A DNA stretch of 64,000 nucleotides from positions 58,156,001 through 58,220,000 of the forward strand of contig OZ360238.1 of NCBI GenBank assembly GCA_977017645.1, written 5' to 3'. The position numbers and the translations under genes were made by a program. Positions 1 through 11,404 of this stretch are shown one piece after another; position 1 is the stretch's first letter; every line of letters begins with the position of its first letter. This DNA is from Torpedo marmorata (Eukaryota). A model generated the notes under the pieces. It saw only the letters and a list, made by a program, of their open reading frames with translations. It was not told the DNA's origin and ran no database searches.

Positions 1-2082
1 GTACTGACCTCTACCTTGCCGAGGCCAGTCGACAGCTCTCAGATACCTCCTCCTATCGACCCCTCCCACAGGACCCCACTACTACACATCAAGCCACTGT
101 CTCCAACACCATCTCCAACCTCATCACCTCTGGTCACCTCCCCTTCACGGCCACCAACCTCATTCTCTCCCACCCCCACACTGCCCGTTTCTACCTTCTA
201 CCCAAGATACACAAACCCAACCATGCGGGCAGACCCATTGTTTCTGCCTGCTCCACCGAACTAGTTTCATCTTACCTTAACTCTATCTTTTCTCCCATGA
301 TCCAATCCCTCCCTACCTACCTACATCCACGACACCTCACATGCCCTCCATCTCCTCAATGACTTCAGATTCCCCGAACCGGACCGCCTCACCTTCACAA
401 TGGATGTCCAATCCCTTTATACCTCTATCCCCCACACAGAAGGTCTAAAAGCACTTTGCTTCTTCCTGGACCAAAGACTCGACAAGTCACCCTCTACCTC
501 CACCCTCCTCCGCCTGGCAGAACTTGTCCTCACTCTCAATAACTTCTCCTTTAACTCATCCCACTTCCTCCTAATCAAAGGAGTAGCCATGGGTACCCGC
601 ATGGGTCACAGCTATGCCTGCCTGTTTGTGGGCTTTGCGGAGCAATCCAAGCTGCAAGCCTACACAGGCAAGACCCCTCAACTCTTCCTCCAGTATATCG
701 ATGACTATATCGGGGCTGCCTCATGTACCCACGATGAGCTTGTCAACTTCATCCACTTCGCGTCCAACTTCCACCCCGATCTCAAACTCGCCTGGTCTAT
801 CTCCGATAACACTCTCCCCTTCCTGGATCTCCCGGTCTCCATCTCAGGAGACAAGCTTTCCACAGACATATACTACAAACCCTCCAACTCCCACAACTAC
901 CTGGACTACACTTCCTCACACCCTGTCCCCTGCAAGGATTCCATCCCTTTCTCTAAATTTCTCAGTCTCAGCCGCATCTGTTCTCAAGATAAGGTCTTCC
1001 AGTCCAGATCTTCCAAAATGTCTGCCTTCTTCCACAAATGTGGCTTCCCCTCCATCACCATCAACTCAGCCCTCACCCGCATCTCCTCCATTTCCCGCTC
1101 ATCTGCCCTGGCCCCCTCTGCCCCCAGATGCAACAAACATAGAATCCCCCTCATCCTCACCTACCACCCCACCAGCCTCCACATCCAACACATTATCCGC
1201 TGGAATTTCCAGTTCTTACTACAGGATCCCACCACCAGACACATTTTTCCTTCTCCTCCCCTCTCGGCCTTCCGCAGGGATCGCTCCCTCCGTGATTCCT
1301 TCGTGAACTCATCCCTCCCCACCCATGGCACCCCCAGCACCTTCCCCTGTGCCTGCAGAAGGTGCAACACTTGCACCCAACACCTCCTCCCTCACCACGG
1401 TCCGGGGCCCCAAACATGCCTTTCAAGTGAAGCAACACTTCACTTGTACTTCCATAGGACTTATTTACTGCATTCAGTGCTCCCTTTGTGGCTTTCTCTA
1501 CATCGGAGAGACTGGTCACAGATTGGGAGATCGCTTCGCTCAGCACCTCTGCTCCATTCGCAACAACAGCGACTTCCCATTGGCCAACCATTTCAATTCC
1601 GAGTCACACTCCTGCGCTCACCTGTCCGTCCATGGCCTTGTGTACTATCCCACCCTGACCACCCGCAGATTGGAGGAACAACACCTTATTTTCCATCTGG
1701 GCACTCTCCAGCCAAATGGCATGAACATTGACTTTACTGCTTTCTACTAATCCTGCTAGCCTTTTCTTTCCCCTTCCCCCTGTCCTGTTTTTCCAGTTCT
1801 TCCACACACCCAGCCATCCCTCCTCCCCCTCATTGCTGCTGTCCCCTCCCTCCTTTCTCCACCTATCATCTCCTACCTTTGCCACCCCTTCCCCCCCCCC
1901 CAACTGTTTTGTTCGGATGCCAGCCGGCATTTTCTCATACTTTGATGAAGGGCTCAAGCCCGAAACGTCAGTTATGTATCTTTACCTTTGCTACATAAAG
2001 GACACTGTTTAACCTGCTGAGCTTCTCCAGTATTTTGTGTTTTTACTTCAACCACGGTGTCTACAGATTTTTGTGATTTACT
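1..2082 (+). mobile_element. Penelope-like retroelement (RT + GIY-YIG endonuclease), frameshifted, 5' end outside the window
   Basis: ORF 400-1731 has PLE RT motifs MDVQSLYTSI, GVAMGTRMG..YACLF and QYIDD. A frameshift near 1380 leads into the GIY-YIG region (LIYCIQCSLCGFLYIGETGHRLGDRFAQH...LGTLQPNGMN, ORF 1325-1750). A pyrimidine-rich tail ends in the CCTGCTGAGCTTCTCCAG terminal motif. Confidence 0.93.
1937..1980 (+). ncRNA. Minimal hammerhead-ribozyme-like motif in the PLE terminal repeat
   Basis: TTGATGA-A-GGGCT-CA-AGCCC-GAAAC-GTCAGTT matches the CUGANGA/stem II/GAAA core, with C3 replaced by U. PLEs are known to carry minimal hammerheads. Confidence 0.6.
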
Positions 2083-2246
2083 GGTGATATAGTGGCATCC
2101 TCATGATATGAATCTCTATAAACTGAATTAAATTTTGGAAGTGCTGATGTAACTTGGGATCTAATAGACATGAGTTTCAGTGATGGAATATATGTGCGTT
2201 TGTGGCATGTTACAAGCACAAAATAACCAAAGGCTGCTAAACAGTT

Positions 2247-3476
2247 AAGACAGAGATAGGAGGGAAAGGGTTAATTTCTTGAAAAATGCCTTTATATCAA
2301 AATAAACTTATTCCATTTACTATTGATAATCAACTATTTAAAATTTGGTTCCAAAAGGGAATTAAGAAAATAAATGATAATTTTGAAGCTAGTAAATTTA
2401 TTACTTTTCAAAGAATGAAAGAGAAGTTTAATGTATTAAACAATACACTTTTTGCTTATTATCAAATTAGAGCATTTTTAGTTGAAAGGTTGGGTTATAG
2501 CTTAACTTTACCAAGACAAAGTGAATTGGATCTATTAGTTACTAATGGGGGTTTATAAATAAATTTATTTCTCAAATGTATAGATTGTTACAGAGAAAAA
2601 TGCCTAAATTAGGAATTCATAAATCAAGATTAAAATGGGAATCAGATCTGAATGTAACAATAGATGAGGAACATTGGAAAGAACTATGGAAACAAAGTAT
2701 GACGAAGATTATTAACGTTAGATATAGGTTAGTGCAATATAACTTTTTGCATCAATTATATTTAACACCTAAGAAATTAAAGAAATTTAATTCGACATTA
2801 TCAGGTTTATGTTTTAGATGTAATGGAGAGGAAGGTTATTTTGTATATTCTACATGGCTTTGTCCAAAGATATATGATTTTTGGTTGAAAGTTAAAAAGT
2901 TTTTTGATAAAGTATTAAGAATTAAACTCCCAATGGATCCTAGGATATTTTTGTTTGGAGATATTAAAATAATTAGTATTAAAATGAGATTAAATATGTA
3001 TCAAATAGAATTTTTGCGAATTGCTTCAGCTGTTTCAAAGAAATGCATTGCTATTACATGGAAATCAGATGTAGATTTAGGGTTAGAAAGATGGCATGCA
3101 GAACTTCGTTCAGCTGTACCACTTGAAAAAATTACTTATAATTTACGTAACAAATATCATTTCTTTTTGAAAATATGGAGCCCATATATAAAAACTATGG
3201 GTCTAAGGATTTGAAGATCTCTGGATATCAGATCTGACTGGCGAACCTGTGTTCCACAATAAAATTAGCTTATAGTTGTTCTTTTTAGATTGACATTCTC
3301 CAAACTTTATCTTTTTCTTTCTTTCTTTCTATATTATTAGAATAGTAAGGGTGGGAGGGTGAGGGAGGGGGGTTGAAAATATATCACATGTATTTTGATA
3401 ATTTTGCATTTTATAAGTATGTATTATTGAGTGATTTAAAATTTGAAATAAAATATTTTTTTAAAAAGACAGAGAT
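2247..3476 (+). mobile_element. 5'-truncated L1-clade LINE (ORF2 C-terminus and 3' UTR) with target-site duplication
   Basis: ORFs 2286-2558 and 2576-3214 are nearly identical to the C-terminal part of ORF 61070-62440 and include the CFRC...W.CP zinc-knuckle region. AATAAA and a T/A tail lie at ~3448-3467. The direct repeat AAGACAGAGAT occurs at 2247-2257 and 3466-3476. Confidence 0.92.
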
Positions 3477-4969
3477 TGAAATGTTCATCAATTTTCAATT
3501 TTCCACAGTATATTACTTTCATTGAAATATTTCCTTTGCCTCATTTTGCATTTTCTTTTTTGCCAGTACCATGAAGGACTCATGCTCTTGTGAAAGAATT
3601 GTATATCTTAGAAGAAGTGATGTTATGTCTTCTCATTACATAAGAGGTAATACTGGTATTTATTTTACTACCAGAAACAGATAAATTACATTGTGCATTG
3701 TTTATCACGTTATGTTCAATAATACCGTGAGTAACTGTAAAATTGCAGTACAGTTATTTAAGAACTTCTGCCCAGTTGACAATGAACAACAGTGCCTGCA
3801 GAAATAATCAGAATTTCTTTATCTTGACATAGCTCCTGTTGTCACTTCAGTCAATTTTTAAATTATCATTTAGTTGTGCCTTTCTATTTTAAACCTAAAA
3901 CCTTTTGTGTAATTTTGTCTTGCACCTTATCTGATTTCTTCATTTTGCCACTTCAATAGTCAAAGTGACTTGGGGCTGAAAACTGAGCAGGTCTCTCCCT
4001 GCAGCACCTTTCCTCACATTTCTCATTTAACCTGCGATGAAATCATCCTTTGTCTCACCAGTTCCCTCAGATTGCCTCAGTTACATCCAAAATATTACCA
4101 GGTCACATGGGTCAGAAAGACTTAGAAGTCAACCATATAAGAAACTGTTGAACAGACTTTTTAACATCTCTGAATGGACCAATGCTATCATTTGCATTCA
4201 CCTCTGATATCACATGACACAAAACAATGATTCTTCACAAATTTAAATTCAAAAGAAAACTTTTTCTGCCTTTTAAAAATTGTTGATTCACTTTCTATTT
4301 CAATTTAGAAAAGTTTCTTACATTTATTCCTGCATAGGTTCTCCATGTTGCCATGTTTCTTTTGCATTCAGTTTCTTTCTGCTAGTGCCTTTTTATTTAT
4401 TTTTTGCCTATATCTTTATTTTCCTATGTATTTTATATGTTTATTTATCCTTATTTCTATGTTCCATAGTTTTTTTAAATATACCTCTACTTTATTTCAG
4501 CTGGATTTTTAGTGCAGTTATTGCCCAAACTTTATGGATCCAGCAACCTCTTGTGTTTTCTTTAAGCATTTGCTCGGTTCTAATCTTACTGAACTAGCAA
4601 AATGAATGAGAAGATTTGAAAGACTTTAAAGTGGCTGAAAGAGAGGGGGTCTAAGATAAGTGGATTTGAACAGGAAAGGTTCAGACAGGCCACAAACATC
4701 CTCAATCAATGGGGGGGAAGGGGTTATGACACAGGGTGAAAAGGACTTGAAATGCCAGAGCAAGGACAAAAGTACTGAAAAGAAATCAGTGAGTAGCAAG
4801 AATGTGGACAATGAATTCAGAAGTAGAATCAGTCATGAATTTTGGCAAATTCCAAGAATAGTTGGATGTGGCAAAAAATTGCAGAGAGGTTAAGATGGAG
4901 GGAGATAAATGAGAATAAAGAGAAGCCAAAAATTGTGAAAGGAAAGTAAACACAAGGGGTATACATATA

Positions 4970-5340
4970 TTCCATCAACATCTGATTAATCTAATAACTG
5001 CACTGCTACTGAGATACTGAATGCCATGTTTCTGCCTATACGCATAACAGTCACTACACCAAGAGAACATAATCACACTCAAATTTGATGAGCACTTGGC
5101 AATAAATTCATTAATCATCATTTTATGCCTCATCAAATCTTTTCCAAGCTGCTCCATGGGAGTTATACAAATTAGCCAGAGAAAAGCCAGTAATTTTAGT
5201 TTAGCTAGGTAAGTGCTTTTTGATTGCCTTCTTGAACAATGCTTCCCTTGACAAGCTAATAAATCAGTTCTTTCTAAACCAGAAGCGCAGCAAGTGTGAA
5301 CAATAAGTTCACATAGTTTTGCCACTGATTTCAGCTAAAA
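4970..5340. promoter_or_regulatory. Candidate conserved non-coding element (enhancer)
   Basis: Unique non-coding sequence with clustered homeodomain-type motifs (TGATTAAT, CATTAATCAT, TAATAAAT). Conservation is not tested. Confidence 0.4.
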
Positions 5341-7699
5341 AAAAGACCGAAGTGAATGGCCTAAGATCAAAGTCCCTAAGTTTATTGCAGAGTAAGGCTT
5401 TCTCCATCAAGGACAACTAGTGAAGGGAAAGATTTTGTTTTATTATTAATGAACAGGAGAAAAAGTCTGGTGACAAAAGGAACAACTGTATGTAGCTGAA
5501 ATTGCAGCATTTGACCCCTGTGTTTTCTGGGCCACCATTCAAACTCATTGTCTTGCTATTTGTAAGGGTAGAAAACAGAAGCAATATTGCAACTGTTGTA
5601 TTGGGTGCCCTGCTGTGCTCCTGAAATATCTCCATTCTCACACAGTCGGACAGGTGAGAAGGAGTGGTTACACACAGCTAGGAGATACTATTGTCAGGGT
5701 AACAAATTACCAGAGAAACTGGTAATAGAGACTGCATTTAATCAGCAGACAATTGATTTCTTGACTGTTTCAGGTATTTGTGGTGTATGACTTGATTTGT
5801 TGGGTGGTTTACAGTAACATGAGTGAGGCCTTGCGGGTGTGCTATCTTGTCTTTTTGAATTGAAGGCTTGACAGTATCATCCTTTCTGTTAAGCTATAAA
5901 TCATCTCACTAATCAGCTTGCACCAAACCAACAATGCATATGTTGGCACTCAGCCGGAGAATTTGTTTTGGAAGGCCTTTAGCAACAAAAACTGTGTTTG
6001 TATCAATAACTGTCTGCCAATATCTCATGCATATGAATGTAGCAACAAAAAAATACAAGTAAATTCAGTGATACAGGCATTTCTGTAATAATTGTTTTTG
6101 CTGCTGATGTCTCATTGCACAAGGTATGATGTAGTCATTGAAGCTGCAGGCAAAATAGCAAAATTTGCCCGCTGAAGTAACTTGAAACAGCACTTTAATT
6201 CATCAGTCATTATCAGAACATTATCTCAAAAATAAAATAATATTTTTCCAGAATTTAGCTGATATCAAACCATTACCTGTACCAGTGAAGAGCATGTCAA
6301 ACCTTCTCTTAAATTCTCCTACATGAAAAAAAATCCCTAGGCTTCCTTTCAACAAGTCTAGACCCAAGGTATTTTAAGTACATTTTGTCTCTTAGCTTCT
6401 TCATTAACTTTCCCTGCACACATCGCTGCATGCCTCTGAAAATAACTTGGCAAACTGGGAGCAGTTTATCTCTTTTATCTTGGGACCTGATCCAATTAAA
6501 TAAGTGCACATTTACATTTGCATCTATCAAGCTTAAGCAAAGAGAGTCTGCAGTTTGCTTTCAGTGAATAAGACCCTATTTATATGGAAAAAAGAAGTCA
6601 GGGCAAAATGTGCTATTTTATCATTACATAAAAAAAGTTGATTATTATCTCTAAAGCCTACAAAATAGTATCATGAAAAATATCATGAGGCTGTATATCA
6701 AGCTGAATACATTGTAAAAGCACCAAATCAAGTATCATTTTTTAAATAATGGAATTATTCTGTCATATCTTCCCAGGTACTGCAGAAGTATGCAGATCAC
6801 TATATCCAACCCTCCAGGTTGGTAATTGTTACTCCGTAGTCAACCATGCACAAGATTCGTTGATGATATCCCCTCAGTAAAATGGCACATTTTAAACAGT
6901 TCCATAGTGGTAATGAACATATGCAGCCAATCAGATACTTTGATAAAAAAAACAACCCAATAATAAGAGATAATAAATATGAAAGATAGATAGATAATAA
7001 ATGTTCAACAGTCAAAGTAGTGCAAGAAGAGAAATGTTGTTTCAATAATTCAGACAGGTTTATTTGTGGTGTTGGAGTAGTTTATGATTAAGGTAGTAAA
7101 ATTTTTATATGGCTATCAGGATCAAGACCCTGAAAACCATTGGAAAAAAATGTTTTTGAACCTAGAGGGTAGCAGTTCTACAGTAGTATGTTAGCTTTTG
7201 TATTTATAAAACATGTATAATCTCCAGATACGTTAACTGGTTAATAGTTTATCGAAATCTTGGACTGTTGTTGACATTGTCTTCCAATTCTTGCTTTCTC
7301 TATCATTATAGAGACTTGCACTTTCAACTTCATGCATGGCCAAAATATTTTTCTTCAAATAAAAAAAAAATCAAATCGAAGTGTAACCACAAATAGATAT
7401 AAATGGAAAGGAGTGACCAAACCTACAATGACATGTAAATTATTCACTTATTCTTGCCCTATGACCCTTTAGTTTCTTTTTATCTTTCTTTCACAATCTG
7501 TATCTTCCTTAATCATGAGTAGCTCACCAAATGAATAATTCCCTTTCTCCTGTATGTGACTTTAGTTAGGCTTTATTTGACTGAATGGTGTATTGATCCA
7601 TTTCTAAACTAGTTTCTCTTCATTTCAAAGTTCTCTGTCTCAATCATTGTATTTCTAGGATTCTCTTTTTTTAAGTAACCCTTTAGTCTAATGAGATAT

Positions 7700-8000
7700 C
7701 AGCACTCCTACAATTTTGCCTTCCTATGCATCTTCATTTATAATCATCTCACCAATGCAAGCCATACCCTCAACAGCTAAAGCCCTAACCTTTGGAAATG
7801 CCTGCCTAAACATTTGTACCTCAAACTCTTTTTCCCCTCTCTAAAATAATCTTAAAACCTTCCTTATTGAATATCTTTCACCTATCTTCCCTAACATCTC
7901 CCCACATAGTTTGGTATCACATTCTTTTTTGATAATCCTCCAACAAAAAGTCATGAGGTGTTAACTGTCTTCAGGGTATTTCATAGATACAATTTCTGGT
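7700..8000 (+). mobile_element. Degenerate L2-type LINE 3' end
   Basis: Resembles the L2 3' terminus as recalled (CTTTGGAAATGCCTGCCTAAAC...CTTAAAACCTTCCT...TTTGATAATCCTCC); highly decayed. Confidence 0.5.
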
Positions 8001-8289
8001 ATGCAACTTTAGTCATTCTCAAAAACATATCCTTATTCTATTTCCTCTCTTCCTTCTTCCTGAAGGGATATATATATATTGCACATAAAAGACAGCTTAA
8101 CGAGCATCCAATGAGCCCAACTTTAATCTGCCTATTGTAAATTTTGAAATAAAAAGGAAATATTGTCAGAAAATGTATAAGTTTGAAAGTTTACCTTTAT
8201 TGTTTTCAGTAGCTCCAGTGGGGCATACACTCATTATGCAGAGCAAAACTGACATTTGGTTGATGTGGATAGAGTCGTAAGATCAGAGG

Positions 8290-8800
8290 ATCATCGAGTC
8301 ATGGGTTATAGAGCACAAAATCCTGTCCATGTTGACCATTTTTGCCCAACAACACTAATCCCATTTGCCCCCATTAGATCTGTATTCTTCGATGTCTCTT
8401 AAATGTAGTGATTATGTCTGACTCCCCCACCTCCTCTAGCAGTGAGTTCTAGATATCAACCACTCTCTGTGTAAATAACTTTCCCTTCAAATCCCTTTTA
8501 AAACTCCTTCCATTCACCTTAAACCTACGTCATCCTGTTTTTGATACTACATTGGGAAAAAGATTCCAACTCCCGCCCTATTTATGCCTCATCATTCTAC
8601 TTACCCCATATCAATTCAACCGCTTCCCCCCAAAGCCTCATTCGCTCCAGTGAACACAGACCCTTTCCAATCTCTCATCATCCTTTACACTCCTACGAGT
8701 GCAACCACATCCTTCCTATTATGTGGTGACCAGAACCACTCACAATACTAATCGGTGTTTTGGAAAGTTAAAACATAACATCCCTACTTTGATATTCTGT
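8290..8800 (-). mobile_element. Degenerate CR1 LINE 3' fragment
   Basis: The reverse complement resembles the CR1 ORF2 end (FTQRVV..WN.L.E.VV), as seen in the intact copy at 49550-49610. Confidence 0.65.
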
Positions 8801-8829
8801 GCCCCGATCTGTGAAGACACGCATGCCCA

Positions 8830-9910
8830 AAGTATTGGAGGAAGTGTGTTAGCATGGATTGAAAATTGGTTGTCACATAGAAAGCAAAGAGTTGGAATAA
8901 ATTGGTACTCTTTTGTGGGAGGAATGTAACTAGTGGGGTATCCCAGGAATTGGTTATTGGCCCTCCATTGTTCAAAATTGACATTAATGATCTGGAGGAG
9001 GGATCAGAATGTAAGGTTTACAAGTTTGTTAATGATATGAAAATAGGTGGAAGGGCATGTTGTGATGAGGACATTGTGATTCTGCAACAAGATATAGATA
9101 GACTGAATGACTGGGATAAAGCTTGGCAAAGGGCTTGATGAAGGGCTCAAGCCCAAAACGATGGTTATGTATCTTTATCTTTGCAATATAAAGTACGCTG
9201 TGTGACCTGCTGAGTTTCTCCAGCATTGTGTTTTTACTTCAATCATGACGACAGCAGACTTTTGTGTTTTACTCCTAAGGCAAACAGCATGTTGGCCTTT
9301 ATTGTGAATGGCTTGGAGTTGAAGAATAGGGAAGTTTTGTTGGTGAGACAACGCCTGGAACACTGTGAATAGTTTTTGTACCCTTACTTAAAACTAGTGA
9401 CACTGGAGACTGTCCAGAAGTGATTTACCAGACCAATTCCTGGGATAAGAGGGTTGACTCATCAAGAGAAGCTTTCAGAAAAAGGAGGGGTGACACTATT
9501 GAAACATATTATGTTCCTAAAGGAACTTGACAGGATTGATGTTAAAATGTTCTCGCTGGTAAGACAGTCATGAACAAGAAGACATTGATATAAAATAAGA
9601 GGCTGATATTTGAAATGGGTGCATAGAAGGTCCATCTCTCATATGGTCATGAATCTCTGGAATTCTCTCCCCTTTAGAATGTTGGACACAAGATATATTT
9701 AAGATGGAGACAAATAATTTTTTGAAAGATTGAGGAATTCAGATTTTGGGGGAACTGGCACAGACGGACTTGCACAACATTGTGGGTCGAAGGGTCAGTA
9801 CTGTGCTGTAATGTTCTATGTCTAAGAAGAATTAAGGCCAGCATAGATCAGCCATGATCATAATGAGTGGTTTGAGGGGCTGGGTGGGGCCTACTCCTGT
9901 TCCTATTTTT
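8830..9910 (+). mobile_element. Degenerate CR1 LINE (RT and 3' end), interrupted by a PLE terminal fragment
   Basis: WIENWLSHRKQRVGIN and VTSGVSQELVIGPPLFKIDINDLEEG..KFVNDMKIGG..LQQDIDRL..W match CR1 RT; there are several stops and frameshifts. Confidence 0.85.
9134..9275 (+). mobile_element. Solo PLE terminal fragment with hammerhead-like motif, inserted in CR1
   Basis: Near-copy of 1941-2082: TTGATGAAGGGCTCAAGCCCAAAACG...GACCTGCTGAGTTTCTCCAGCATTGTGTTTTTAC. Confidence 0.88.
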
Positions 9911-11254
9911 GAATGTCCTTGTGCTCTTCTATGCCTTCTTCACCACCCTTGTGTCACTTTCAGGAAACCAATGATAATGATAACTATTGGTTTGAACGCC
10001 AAGGTCTCCCTGTTCTTCTACATTCCTTAGTGCCGTACCATTTGCCAGATATGTCCTACCACTATTTGGCTTCCAAAATGGATCATTGTTGAAACTTATT
10101 CGGTATCATATAATTAGAAACATAAGAACATAGGAAGAAAGGAATTGTGTAATCAGCTGTTTCTTCCATATCTAATAAATGAAATGTATGTATTAAGCCA
10201 TACATAATAGAGAATAAGCTTGTTCTGATCATACATATTATTGTTTGATAAGATCCATGACTAAACATAGTTTTTGGTGCAACCTCACAACATCTTGCAC
10301 TTGTTTAGCATTCCAAGGTACTGGAGAATTGTCAAATCTGTCACAGAGCTACACAGGATAGATGACCAAATGTCCAGAAGCTGTACATTTTAAAGAATAT
10401 CATAAAGGAGGAGAAAGGGATAAAGATGTACAGAGAGAGAGAACAACAGGAGGTAAAGCTATGTTGCTGAAGGCACAGCCTCCAGTGTAGAAATTACCTT
10501 GTGTGGGATATACAGGTGGTATAATCGAGATGGGCAGAAGGATCTCAGAAGTACGTAGGACCAGGTTGGAGGTAAGGAGGGGCAAAACTATAAAAGGAAT
10601 TGGGGAAATAAAGTGTCAAACAACCAAAGGATCAGGTACCAGTGTTGGTGAATGAAGTGACGTTCCTAGATGCAAGCTGGAGAATTAACAAACCCGTCTG
10701 TTCGAAATCTCAACACTATCTTATGAACAAGAAAAAAAGTTTGCCAATGTTTTCACCTGTTGTGACAACCGAAGCTGATAAGCAGAAGCGCAAAATTCCT
10801 GGTGCACAAAATAGCACAAATGCTGAGTTCATGCGCACAGTTTTGCACATCCATATGCGAAAGGGAGATTTTTTTTAAAAAAAAGAATAACAAAAGTGAC
10901 GCCGTGAAGCTATTTGCTTCTTTTTAAAGAAGATACTGAAGTTTATGAGCTTCCTGCTCAGTCAGCTGGGAGTTTTTCTGTGTTTGCTTTTCGAGGTAAT
11001 GCTGCAACCAGCGTACGTGGAGTCGCTTGTGTAAACACGGATGTGCAAATGTCATTCCAAAATTACTGTATATAAGTTGCCTGAGTCCAAAACTGAACCT
11101 GGTTCGATTTAATATAAAACGCATAACACAGATCGTCTCTATAAACACACATATCCCAAGAAGATAAGATCTGTACAATCTATTTTGGGAGTAAGTGTAG
11201 TGGATTAATTTATATCTACTTTTGATGGACCTAAAAACCTCCCGGTGTTAGAAT

Positions 11255-11404
11255 NNNNNNNNNNNNNNNNNNNNNNNNNNNNNNNNNNNNNNNNNNNNNN
11301 NNNNNNNNNNNNNNNNNNNNNNNNNNNNNNNNNNNNNNNNNNNNNNNNNNNNNNNNNNNNNNNNNNNNNNNNNNNNNNNNNNNNNNNNNNNNNNNNNNNN
11401 NNNN
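11255..11404. other. Assembly gap (150 N)
   Basis: Run of N. Confidence 1.

Noticed and set aside
4280-4597. Hydrophobic 105-aa ORF resembling a membrane protein
   Set aside because: T-rich low-complexity DNA with a non-ATG start.
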